Below are positions 41,137-49,144 of a stretch of 62,998 nucleotides of DNA, piece after piece. Every line of letters begins with the position of its first letter. Positions within the stretch are counted from its first letter, which is position 1. The notes beneath the pieces were generated by a model. The model saw only the letters and a program-made list of their open reading frames with translations. It made no database searches and was not told where the DNA came from. Location: positions 1 through 62,998 of the forward strand of contig JAFXWB010000002.1 of NCBI GenBank assembly GCA_017534425.1. Direction: 5' to 3'. The stretch comes from Bacilli bacterium (GTDB lineage Bacteria; Bacillota_I; Bacilli_A; RFN20; CAG-826). A program made the translations under genes and the position numbers.

Positions 41137-41400
41137 GTGCTAGCAGCAATATTCATGGTTACTGCATATAGTTGTGGATGGATATTAGCACTTATTGTTA
41201 GAATTTTATTAGAATGCAGTAAGCCAAAAACTGAAAAATTAAATATAACTATTTCAGATAGATATTTATTATACAGTTTAAAAGACCAAAAAATAGTTGG
41301 AAGTAGTAATGACTATCAAATAGCATTTAAACTAAAAACACAATTAGGTAGCGGGGTAATGATAAAGGATACAAAATTTGTTAAGAAAAGAAGAATATGA
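41137..41400 (+). CDS. Small membrane protein
   Basis: GTG start 7 nt after GGAGGG. N-terminal TM AAIFMVTAYSCGWILALIVRILL. Confidence 0.5.
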   Translation: MLAAIFMVTAYSCGWILALIVRILLECSKPKTEKLNITISDRYLLYSLKDQKIVGSSNDYQIAFKLKTQLGSGVMIKDTKFVKKRRI

Positions 41401-41406
41401 TACAAT

Positions 41407-41438
41407 AAAGAGGGGTAAATAAAAAAGCCCCTCTTTTT
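41407..41438 (+). terminator. Rho-independent terminator
   Basis: AAAGAGGGG / CCCCTCTTT stem followed by TTT. Confidence 0.8.
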
Positions 41439-41629
41439 GTCACTATAAATAATACCCTTATAAAAACCACTCATAAAATAAACCAGCGAGGGGAGCGGGG
41501 AAGAGTTAAACTAAAAGGAGATGTAATATAGCATTAGCTACAACAAGTATTTATATCAAGTTATGCTATATGTAAAGCATCAAATTAGTAAAAAACCAGC
41601 CAGATTCCGGGAAAGTGAGGAATGAAAAA

Positions 41630-42076
41630 ATGGTATCAGCTCAAATAATACCTAAGCTAAATATATTAACAAATAATACATTTACATTAAGAGAATTAGC
41701 TTTTATAACTTCATATTTAGCAAGTGGTAATGCAAGTCAAGCTGTAAGAGATGCTGGTTACAAAAGTAAAGCACCGGATAAATATGGTAGCGCCCTGCTC
41801 GCCAGAGATGGTATAAGGAAAGAAATCTCCGCACAGATAGAGGCACGTGAACAAGCTAAAATAGCGAAACCTACAGAGATACTGCAATTCTACTCATCAG
41901 TAATGCGTGGAGAAATACTAGACCAATTTGGTATTGAAGCATCGCTTGATACTAGAATTAAAGCAGCTAATGAGTTAGCTAAACATCAAATTGAAATTCC
42001 TATGAAGCTTCAACAGAAATCTAATGATAATATAGGCAGTATTACTCTTAATTTTATACCTAGAAATGAAGAATAA
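41630..42076 (+). CDS. terS: Terminase small subunit
   Basis: LTNNTFTLRELAFITSYLASGNASQAVRDAGYKSKAPDKYGSALL matches the Terminase_2-type N-terminal HTH pattern. ATG 41630 lies 8 nt after GTGAGGAA. Confidence 0.7.
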   Translation: MVSAQIIPKLNILTNNTFTLRELAFITSYLASGNASQAVRDAGYKSKAPDKYGSALLARDGIRKEISAQIEAREQAKIAKPTEILQFYSSVMRGEILDQFGIEASLDTRIKAANELAKHQIEIPMKLQQKSNDNIGSITLNFIPRNEE

Positions 42077-42106
42077 TTGTGCATTTTATATAGTTTGGGT
42101 ATAGTG

Positions 42107-42154
42107 AAAAGACAGGGTTGATTGTGCATATTGCATAAAATCCTGTCTTTTTTA
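42107..42154 (+). terminator. Rho-independent terminator
   Basis: AAAAGACAGG / CCTGTCTTTT stem with a large structured loop, followed by a T-run. Confidence 0.65.
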
Positions 42155-42182
42155 GTGTATTTTCCGCCCAGCAACACAGAAT

Positions 42183-42230
42183 TGTCTAACAAAATTTGTC
42201 TAACTATGTGAGTTTCTATCTATTTAGACA
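42183..42230 (+). repeat. TGTCTAAC motif cluster A
   Basis: Forward copies at 42183 and 42197, and an inverted partial copy (TTAGACA) at 42224 inside the TCTATCT/AGATAGA inverted repeat. Confidence 0.6.
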
Positions 42231-42259
42231 GATAGATGTAAGTTTCTAGGCAGAAAAAG

Positions 42260-42426
42260 GAAGAAAAATGAATTGTGTGAAGAAAAGACACAATTTGTAC
42301 CTGGATAGAATACCCCTTGGTTGACCTACTTCTTAATTTCTTCAAAGAAATTGTCTTGTTTTTACCCCTATGAAATACAAAAATGTAAGCGAAGAAAAAT
42401 GAATTGTGTCCGGCTTAGATACAATT
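42260..42426 (+). repeat. Two 19-nt direct repeats, each leading into an AATTGTGT...ACAATT inverted repeat
   Basis: GAAGAAAAATGAATTGTGT at 42260-42278 and 42391-42409. Inverted repeats at 42271-78/42288-95 and 42402-09/42419-26. Confidence 0.6.
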
Positions 42427-42449
42427 TAAAAATAGTCTTTTAAAAAGTA

Positions 42450-42478
42450 TTGACATATTATTCATTATGATGTAATAT
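42450..42478 (+). promoter_or_regulatory. Consensus sigma-A promoter P7
   Basis: TTGACA (42450-55), 17-nt spacer, TAATAT (42473-78). Confidence 0.65.
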
Positions 42479-42544
42479 ATAATCAACAACAAACAACAAA
42501 CCGATTTACATAATCGGTACTTATTCAATAGGAGGAATGTAATT

Positions 42545-43120
42545 ATGGCAACAACAAAAAAGACAAACACAAAAACTAACACTAAGAAAACAAAAGAAGT
42601 TAAGGCAAAGGAAGTTATTCAGGAAACTGTGGATCCGGTAGTTGAAACTGAAAACAAGGAAAAAACACCGAAGGCGAAGAAGGAAAAGAAAGTAACTATC
42701 ACTGTACCGCAGATGAATAACAGTGAATTGAAGGATCTCTTCACTGAAAATGGTTGTAAAGCAACCGGAGCACCAAAGGATACATCGAATGTAGTTTATA
42801 ATACATTTGGAACAGCATCAAGGATCTTGCAGCAGAATAAGGCATATCAGTTATTACTTACCAATGGGAAAGTTAAGGTAAAGAAGGAAGTAGTTGATGC
42901 TCCTTACAATGATGTTGATAGATTTAAGAAGTTTTATGAGGAATTAACTGACGAGGAAAAGAAATCAATTTCAGGTTTTGATACAATGGAAAGTACAAAG
43001 TTAGCTGATAGTGAATTCCCGAGAGAGAAAACAGTTAAGATAATCAGTAAAGAGATCTTGGTTAAGTTTATTCAGTTCATGGCAACATTTGAAGAAAATC
43101 AGGTTGTTGTTGCTAAATAA
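42545..43120 (+). CDS. Lys-rich protein, unknown function (paralogue of the 44203-44613 product)
   Basis: 191 aa, SD AGGAGG. N-terminal TKKTNTKTNTKKTKEVKAKE. ENGCKATGAPKDTSN aligns with KNGIKVTTAPTTTLN. Uses AAG codons more than neighbouring genes. Confidence 0.6.
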   Translation: MATTKKTNTKTNTKKTKEVKAKEVIQETVDPVVETENKEKTPKAKKEKKVTITVPQMNNSELKDLFTENGCKATGAPKDTSNVVYNTFGTASRILQQNKAYQLLLTNGKVKVKKEVVDAPYNDVDRFKKFYEELTDEEKKSISGFDTMESTKLADSEFPREKTVKIISKEILVKFIQFMATFEENQVVVAK

Positions 43121-43148
43121 TAATAGCATACTCATATTCATTAGAATT

Positions 43149-43177
43149 GACCGGAGTGTTGTTGCTCCGGTCTTTTC
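43149..43177 (+). terminator. Rho-independent terminator
   Basis: GACCGGAG / CTCCGGTC stem followed by TTTT. Confidence 0.8.
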
Positions 43178-43181
43178 ATTT

Positions 43182-43225
43182 TGTCTAACAATCTCTCGCT
43201 AAATGTCTAACAATTTCTGTCTAAC
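43182..43225 (+). repeat. TGTCTAAC motif cluster B
   Basis: Forward copies at 43182, 43204 and 43218. Confidence 0.6.
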
Positions 43226-43382
43226 GAGAATTCGCTAATTGGCTAGGAAGAAATCTTGCTAGACAACTATTATATCCGGACAGAATACGTGCGGTATAGT
43301 ATCTGGATGGATATATACCAAATATGAAAAACACGCCGGCTTGATGGTGTGAAAATAATTCAGGTTATTTTAGTAAAAACAC

Positions 43383-43410
43383 TTTACATTTATATTTATT
43401 ATGATACAAT
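43383..43410 (+). promoter_or_regulatory. Promoter P8
   Basis: TTTACA, 16-nt spacer, TGaTACAAT (the -10 hexamer is at 43405-43410). Confidence 0.5.
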
Positions 43411-43457
43411 AATTATAGTAACAAACAACAAATATTTAAATGATTGGTGGTGATTAT

Positions 43458-43805
43458 ATGAAATTTGAGTACAACAATGAAATTGTAAATGTAAATATGT
43501 TTTATTATGAACTTGATTGGGAAAATCATAGTTGTGGTCAATATTCACAACTACGTGAGTTGTGGTGCGATATGTTAAAAATAATATTTAATCATGACTT
43601 AAATGATGATGAAATAGTACAATATAGTGATAAGTCATGGTTTTATGTATATAACTACAATAATAAATTATATCGTGTTTGGTGGTATAATGACGGTTTA
43701 ATGTACGTACAATATATTGATAATGGTGATAGTGTTGATGATATAATTGATGATTATACTTATGATGTACGTGATATAATAACCGCAATATTAAATGATA
43801 AATAA
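43458..43805 (+). CDS. Hypothetical Tyr/Asn/Asp-rich protein
   Basis: 115 aa from ATG 43458. Confidence 0.5.
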   Translation: MKFEYNNEIVNVNMFYYELDWENHSCGQYSQLRELWCDMLKIIFNHDLNDDEIVQYSDKSWFYVYNYNNKLYRVWWYNDGLMYVQYIDNGDSVDDIIDDYTYDVRDIITAILNDK

Positions 43806-43809
43806 TGAA

Positions 43810-43846
43810 AATGCGCCGGTGAGTTACATAGCCGGCATTTATTTTT
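43810..43846 (+). terminator. Rho-independent terminator
   Basis: ATGCGCCGG / GCCGGCAT stem (one bulge) followed by a T-rich tail. Confidence 0.6.
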
Positions 43847-43874
43847 ATAGCAAGAAAATCTTTCTAGCCATATT

Positions 43875-43932
43875 TGTCTAACACTGTCTTGTTATTTAGA
43901 ATTGTCTAACTATCTAGCAAGAATTGTCTAAC
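43875..43932 (+). repeat. TGTCTAAC motif cluster C
   Basis: Forward copies at 43875, 43903 and 43925. Confidence 0.6.
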
Positions 43933-44037
43933 ACTTTTTATCTCGCTGGCGATATGTACTTGGCTAGGCGGCGAAAACCGAATTTTAGAAAATTTTTGAA
44001 TTGTTTGAAAAATATACACAATTCGATACAATTCATC

Positions 44038-44053
44038 AATTGTACGTACAATT
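44038..44053. promoter_or_regulatory. Perfect 16-bp palindrome AATTGTACGTACAATT (operator-like)
   Basis: Read directly from the sequence. Further ACAATT half-sites lie at 44018 and 44028, and an AATTGT half-site at 43999. Confidence 0.45.
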
Positions 44054-44107
44054 ATATTGTTATGCAATATATACAAAAATATATGGGAATGTTTGTGCAC
44101 TTCACCG

Positions 44108-44136
44108 ATGACAACATATTTATTATGATGTAATAT
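44108..44136 (+). promoter_or_regulatory. Promoter P9 (duplicate of P7 from the spacer onward)
   Basis: ATGACA, 17-nt spacer, TAATAT (44131-36). A 36-nt stretch at 44122-44157 is identical to 42464-42499. Confidence 0.55.
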
Positions 44137-44202
44137 ATAATCAACAACAAACAACAAGTGCATATTATATGCACACCAACAAATGAAAGTGAGTGAGTGA
44201 AT

Positions 44203-44613
44203 ATGAGTAAAACAAACAACAAAAAAACTAATGTAATTATCAACTTTGAACAATTACATAATGAATTGAAAGTCGCAACTTGTAAAAATGATATGGTTAA
44301 TGCATACCAAAAAAACGGTATTAAAGTAACCACTGCACCAACAACAACATTGAATACTAATGATTTATATGCACAATTTCGTCAAAATAAATGTGGTGAC
44401 GAAAGTCGGTTACAAACAACAAAAACACGTATTAAATTATTTGTTAGTAATGCATTACGTGATTATATTGTATCAAAAAATGATAAACTGGTATTTGTTG
44501 ATTATAATGATGGTTCAATTCGTAAAAATCAATTAGTTGTGTCGAATACACTTGAAAATTTCACTGAAATGTTACAATATTTTATTGATTTTGGTATTGT
44601 TGAAACAATGTAA
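44203..44613 (+). CDS. Hypothetical protein (paralogue of the 42545-43120 product)
   Basis: 136 aa from ATG 44203. The alignment with the 191-aa protein is given in that feature. Confidence 0.55.
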   Translation: MSKTNNKKTNVIINFEQLHNELKVATCKNDMVNAYQKNGIKVTTAPTTTLNTNDLYAQFRQNKCGDESRLQTTKTRIKLFVSNALRDYIVSKNDKLVFVDYNDGSIRKNQLVVSNTLENFTEMLQYFIDFGIVETM

Positions 44614-44620
44614 ACAATTT

Positions 44621-44653
44621 GTCGGTGGTGCATACCGTACCACCGACTTTTTT
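44621..44653 (+). terminator. Rho-independent terminator
   Basis: GTCGGTGGT / ACCACCGAC stem followed by TTTTTT. Confidence 0.85.
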
Positions 44654-44677
44654 AGTCAATTTCGTCCGCTCATAACT

Positions 44678-44905
44678 TTCTTGCTCGAATATTTTTCGTA
44701 TTACTGTTTCTAGGTCGCTATCACAACATTCTTGCTCCTATATTTTTCACATTACTGACTCCAGGTCGCTAATATTCTTGTTCTGCTATTTTTAACTATA
44801 CTGTTGCCAGGTCAATGACTTTCTTGTTCTGCTATTATTCTTTATTATTCTATATTCGTAGATTTTTCGCTGCTATTTTTCTTGTATATTGTTCCCGGAT
44901 TGTTA
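44678..44905 (+). repeat. Tandem direct repeats of 46-51 bp (3 good units plus degenerate units) just upstream of terL
   Basis: Units start at 44678, 44729, 44775 and 44821. The shared core is TTCTTG(C/T)TC..(A/C)TATTTTT..A(T/C)TACTG....CCAGGTC. Confidence 0.7.
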
Positions 44906-44928
44906 TATAATATTTATGAGGTGAATAT

Positions 44929-46263
44929 ATGGCTAATATTTCAGTTGATTTAGATGTATCGAAATTATGGATTAAGAAATTTGATGTTGTATTTCAGGAT
45001 ATTATGCAACATAAACATACTCATTATGATTTCCCGGGAGGTCGTGGTAGTACTAAATCATCATTTATTGGTGGTCGTACTATCCCTTTACTTCTTATCG
45101 CTAACCCGAATTGCCATGCGGTTGTTTATAGGAGGTTTGGGAATACTTTAAAAACAAGTGTTTATGCTCAAATACAGTGGGGAATTTATGATTTAGGGTT
45201 GCAGGATTATTTTATTTTTCATAGCAATCCTTTAGAGATAATTTACAGGACTACAGGGCAAAAAATACTATTTTTAGGCATGGACGACCCGGGTAAAGTA
45301 AAATCAATAAAATTACCGTTTGGGTATATAGGGATTACATGGTGGGAGGAGTTAGACCAATTTGAAGGAGAGGCTCAAATTCGTAAAGCTCAACAATCAA
45401 CAATGCGTGGCGGGCCTATTTATTGGAATTTTATGTCTTATAATCCACCTATTTCAGTCAATAATTGGGCTAATGAATTTACAGAAGATTGCGAGAGAAA
45501 TAGGAAGGACGATACTTTAGTTGTTCGGACGACTTACTTAGATGTACCGCAGGAATGGCTAGGTCAACAGTTCATTGAAGAAGCAGAATATTTACAACAA
45601 ACTAATCCACGTGCTTATGAAAATGAGTATATGGGAATTCCTGTCGGTACAGGCGGGAATGTTTTTGATAATGTTGAGCATATGGATATGCCTGACAGTC
45701 TTATTGCTACTTTTGACCGGATTTACAATGGTTTAGACTGGGGTTTTGCTAATGACCCTAACCATTTTGTTAAAGTGCATTTTGATAGTGCTAGGCAAGA
45801 TTTATATATATTTGCAGAGCATAGGGCAACCCATGAAACTAATATTCAACTCTTTGAATTTTTGTATAAAGAAAACCATTTTAAAAAGAGGGTTTGGAAA
45901 ATTGTTGATGGACAAGAGATGGTGGAATTTATAGACGCACCGTTAATGGAAATGAATGAATTGATAACTGCAGATAGTGCTGACCCTAAATCAATTGCAG
46001 ACTTTAAAGCGTATGGGTGTTTTATGCGTGGTGCGGAAAAAGGACCAGAATCAGTTCGTTACGGAATTAAATGGCTTCAATCATTACGACATATTTATAT
46101 AGATAAACATAGGTGCCCGGATACTTATGATGAATTTATTAAATATGAGTTTGAAAGGGACAAAGAAGGGAAAATTATCAGTGTTCCTCCGGATAAAAAC
46201 AATCACAGCGTCGATTCCATTCGATATGCTCTTGAACGTTACTATAAGCATAAAGGTCAGTAA
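44929..46263 (+). CDS. terL: Terminase large subunit
   Basis: 444 aa, SD GAGGTGA. Walker A-like FPGGRGSTKSSF, Walker B-like ITWWEELDQ, and a C-terminal nuclease region (ADSADPKS...HSVDSIRYAL). Confidence 0.8.
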   Translation: MANISVDLDVSKLWIKKFDVVFQDIMQHKHTHYDFPGGRGSTKSSFIGGRTIPLLLIANPNCHAVVYRRFGNTLKTSVYAQIQWGIYDLGLQDYFIFHSNPLEIIYRTTGQKILFLGMDDPGKVKSIKLPFGYIGITWWEELDQFEGEAQIRKAQQSTMRGGPIYWNFMSYNPPISVNNWANEFTEDCERNRKDDTLVVRTTYLDVPQEWLGQQFIEEAEYLQQTNPRAYENEYMGIPVGTGGNVFDNVEHMDMPDSLIATFDRIYNGLDWGFANDPNHFVKVHFDSARQDLYIFAEHRATHETNIQLFEFLYKENHFKKRVWKIVDGQEMVEFIDAPLMEMNELITADSADPKSIADFKAYGCFMRGAEKGPESVRYGIKWLQSLRHIYIDKHRCPDTYDEFIKYEFERDKEGKIISVPPDKNNHSVDSIRYALERYYKHKGQ

Positions 46264-46409
46264 TTGTAATTGATGTATTGACATACGCACTAGACTTAAT
46301 ATGGCATAATCCCGATAAATACACAAGTAATTAACTACTATATTTATCTAGATTATTGTATAATGAAACTGACGAAGGTTTTAAATATCAAGTCAGAAAG
46401 GTTTATGAG

Positions 46410-46745
46410 ATGATAACACAAATACTGCCTGTTTTTCAGACTATTTTAGCATTTTGCAATATTGTTTTGATTGGGTATGGTCTTTTTAGGTTTTTAAGTA
46501 AACCGCATAACAATTTAGAAAATAGAGTTAATACTTTGGAAGTAAAAGTTAAAGAAATTGATAATAGTTTAAAGATTGGCAATGACCATTTTAGAGATTT
46601 AGATGAAAAAAGTGAAGTTTTTATGGAATGTATGTTAGCTTTTATTGATTTTGAAATTGCATACTGCCAAGCTACAGGGTATGCTCAAACAGAAGACATA
46701 GTTAAAGCTAAAAGTGCATTACGTAATTATCTTAAAAAGAGATGA
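46410..46745 (+). CDS. Membrane-anchored coiled-coil protein
   Basis: 111 aa from ATG 46410. TM ILPVFQTILAFCNIVLIGYGLF. Confidence 0.5.
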   Translation: MITQILPVFQTILAFCNIVLIGYGLFRFLSKPHNNLENRVNTLEVKVKEIDNSLKIGNDHFRDLDEKSEVFMECMLAFIDFEIAYCQATGYAQTEDIVKAKSALRNYLKKR

Positions 46746-46764
46746 TTTATAGCGGAGGGCTGAA

Positions 46765-48342
46765 ATGAATTTCATTGAAAAACTGAAAGGAGTATTTAGA
46801 CGAATGTTTTCATCAGAAAGTTTAAAACAAACAATAAACCTTCAACCCATACTTTCCGCCCCTATGAAAGATGCTATTGAATTGTGGGAAATGATGTATA
46901 AAGACGAAAGCCCGTGGCTTTATGAAGATAATAATTTGAAGTCACTTGGACTTGCTTCTATGATTGCAAGTGCGAAAGCTCGTACTGCTACTATTGAAAT
47001 GGAATTGAAAGTAACAGGTGATGGTGAAAGACGAGATTTTATTGACGATTTCTTAAAGACAAAAATTGAGCATAGTATTAGGAAACAATTAGAATACGGG
47101 ATTGCATTAGGTGGCATTGTTTTTAAACCCTATGTCTATAAAGTTGGTAATAAGTACAAAGTTGGAATGAATTATGTTAAAGCAACTGATTTTTATCCAC
47201 TTGCATTTAATAGTGAAGGTGATGTTACTGACGCTGCTTTTATAGATAGGATAATAACAAAAGATAATATTTACAGTAAAGTTGAACGTTATCACCTTAT
47301 AGACACAACTTTATATGTAAGTAATATGGCATTTAAACAAAGTAACAAAGATTCTAGTATAGCGATACATAACATATCAACATTAGGAGAACCTATACCA
47401 CTTTCATCAGTACCAGAATGGTCGAATATTGACTCAGAAGCAGTCATTAACGATACTGATAATATAATGTTCGCATACTTCAAGATGCCTCAAGCAAACA
47501 CCATAGATTTGAATAGTCCACTTGGTGTAAGTGGTTTTTCAAAAGCAACTGATTTGATTAAACATGCTGATGAATTATATTCTAATTTACTTTGGGAGTT
47601 TGAAGGTGGACAGTTAGCAGTTGATGTTGATAGAACAGCAGTTAACCCATTACTTGATAATAACGGTAATATGGCTAATTTGTTACCACATTTGCAAGAC
47701 AGATTGTTCAGGCGTAATTTGGATTTGGGTGATGAAGCGGCGTATAATGTATTTAGTCCGCAATTACGTGATGAAAGTATCATAAATGGATTGAACAATG
47801 TTTTAATGCATATCGAAGATATTTGTGATTTAGGTCGTGGTGAATTGTCAATGGTTACATATCAAGAAGCAAGGACCGCAACTGAATTGAAAATCCTTAA
47901 ACAACGTAGTTATTCAGCTAACTGGGATGTTCAAAAAGAACTTGAAAAAGCACTTAGAAAAACTGTTGATATTGTAGATAAGTATTGTGATTTATACAAT
48001 ATAACACCTTCCGGTAAATTTGAAGTTGCGTATAAGTGGGACGATTCTATACTTGTTGATGCTGAAGCTGAACGTAATTCAGATGTCATTGATATTACAA
48101 ATGGTCTTATGAGTAGGGTTGAATATAGAATGAAATGGTTCGGTGAAACTAAAGACCAAGCTATGCAGTCTGTTAAGGAAATTGATGAAGAAAAACTCAC
48201 TCAAATGGAACAACAACAGGAAATGTTTGCTCAATTTTCAGAAAAACCTGATACACAAGAAGGTTCACCGAATAATAAAGATGGTTCAGCAGATAAATCA
48301 AATAAAGATACCACTCAGTACACAAAAACAAAGAGTGACTAA
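46765..48342 (+). CDS. Portal protein (SPP1 gp6-like)
   Basis: 525 aa, located immediately after terL, with an acidic/Gln-rich C-terminus. Size and position are typical of a portal protein. Confidence 0.7.
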   Translation: MNFIEKLKGVFRRMFSSESLKQTINLQPILSAPMKDAIELWEMMYKDESPWLYEDNNLKSLGLASMIASAKARTATIEMELKVTGDGERRDFIDDFLKTKIEHSIRKQLEYGIALGGIVFKPYVYKVGNKYKVGMNYVKATDFYPLAFNSEGDVTDAAFIDRIITKDNIYSKVERYHLIDTTLYVSNMAFKQSNKDSSIAIHNISTLGEPIPLSSVPEWSNIDSEAVINDTDNIMFAYFKMPQANTIDLNSPLGVSGFSKATDLIKHADELYSNLLWEFEGGQLAVDVDRTAVNPLLDNNGNMANLLPHLQDRLFRRNLDLGDEAAYNVFSPQLRDESIINGLNNVLMHIEDICDLGRGELSMVTYQEARTATELKILKQRSYSANWDVQKELEKALRKTVDIVDKYCDLYNITPSGKFEVAYKWDDSILVDAEAERNSDVIDITNGLMSRVEYRMKWFGETKDQAMQSVKEIDEEKLTQMEQQQEMFAQFSEKPDTQEGSPNNKDGSADKSNKDTTQYTKTKSD

Positions 48343-48488
48343 TATTTACAACAGATAATTTATATTATATAATAATAATGTAGAAAGACCCTAGCGTAAA
48401 GGGATATAAAGAAACGCACATTCAGGCGGAAACTGTAAACCGCAGTTATAAATAACAGATATAAAGAATGTAAAGGAGATTTAGTAGT

Positions 48489-49124
48489 ATGGTATTAAAA
48501 GAGGTCTTTGACAAAGCCGAGAATGGTTCGTTAACTTGGGAGCAATTTCAAGCACTAGCGAAAGATGCAAAATTCGTTGATTTAAACGAAGGTAACTACT
48601 ATTCAAAGGCAAAACATGCAGATGAGCTTGAAGCAAAAGACAAGCAAATCACTACTCTTAATGAAACCATTAAGACAAGAGATACTGATTTAGCAACACT
48701 CAAGCAACAACTTGCAGATGCAGGTACTGATGCCGCAAAACTTGAGGAGTTGAACGGTCAGCTTACTGATTGGCAAACTAAGTATGACAAGGATACAAAG
48801 TCATACAAAGAACAATTGAAGAAGCAGGCTTATGAATTTGCTGCAAAGGAGTATGCTAATTCCCTTGATTTTTCAAGTGAAGCTGCAAAGAGAGACTTTA
48901 CACAATCATTGATTGCGAAAAATCTCCAAATGGAAAAAGATACAATATTAGGTGCAGACGACTTTTTGAATGTTTATAAACAGTCAAATGAAAAAGCGTT
49001 TGTGGTAAAAGAACCAGAACCTGAAACACCACCAGCACCGAGTTTCGGACAACCAACACCACCTACACCACAATCAGATGTAGATGATTTTTCAAAGTTA
49101 TTTACTTTTGATGGTGTAAGGTAA
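48489..49124 (+). CDS. Scaffolding protein
   Basis: 211 aa, long coiled coil, Pro-rich C-terminal segment. Lies between the portal and capsid genes. Confidence 0.65.
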   Translation: MVLKEVFDKAENGSLTWEQFQALAKDAKFVDLNEGNYYSKAKHADELEAKDKQITTLNETIKTRDTDLATLKQQLADAGTDAAKLEELNGQLTDWQTKYDKDTKSYKEQLKKQAYEFAAKEYANSLDFSSEAAKRDFTQSLIAKNLQMEKDTILGADDFLNVYKQSNEKAFVVKEPEPETPPAPSFGQPTPPTPQSDVDDFSKLFTFDGVR

Positions 49125-49144
49125 TATAACGAGGAGGAAACATT

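Noticed and set aside
41526-41571. A 9-bp inverted repeat ATATAGCAT/ATGCTATAT in the 190-nt untranslated region upstream of terS, considered as a cos/pac site
   Set aside because: A single AT-rich inverted repeat with a 28-nt loop is weak evidence. The repeat arrays downstream of terS are stronger packaging-site candidates.
42268-42431. Two micro-ORFs starting MNCV (MNCVKKRHNLYLDRIPLG and MNCVRLRYNL) created by the 19-nt direct repeat
   Set aside because: They are very short, and the shared start is fully explained by the DNA repeat and palindrome. There is no independent evidence of coding.
42183-43932. The TGTCTAAC clusters as a possible mini-CRISPR array
   Set aside because: The repeats are only 8-12 nt, the spacings are 14-28 nt and irregular, and there are no cas genes. 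This architecture does not fit a CRISPR array.
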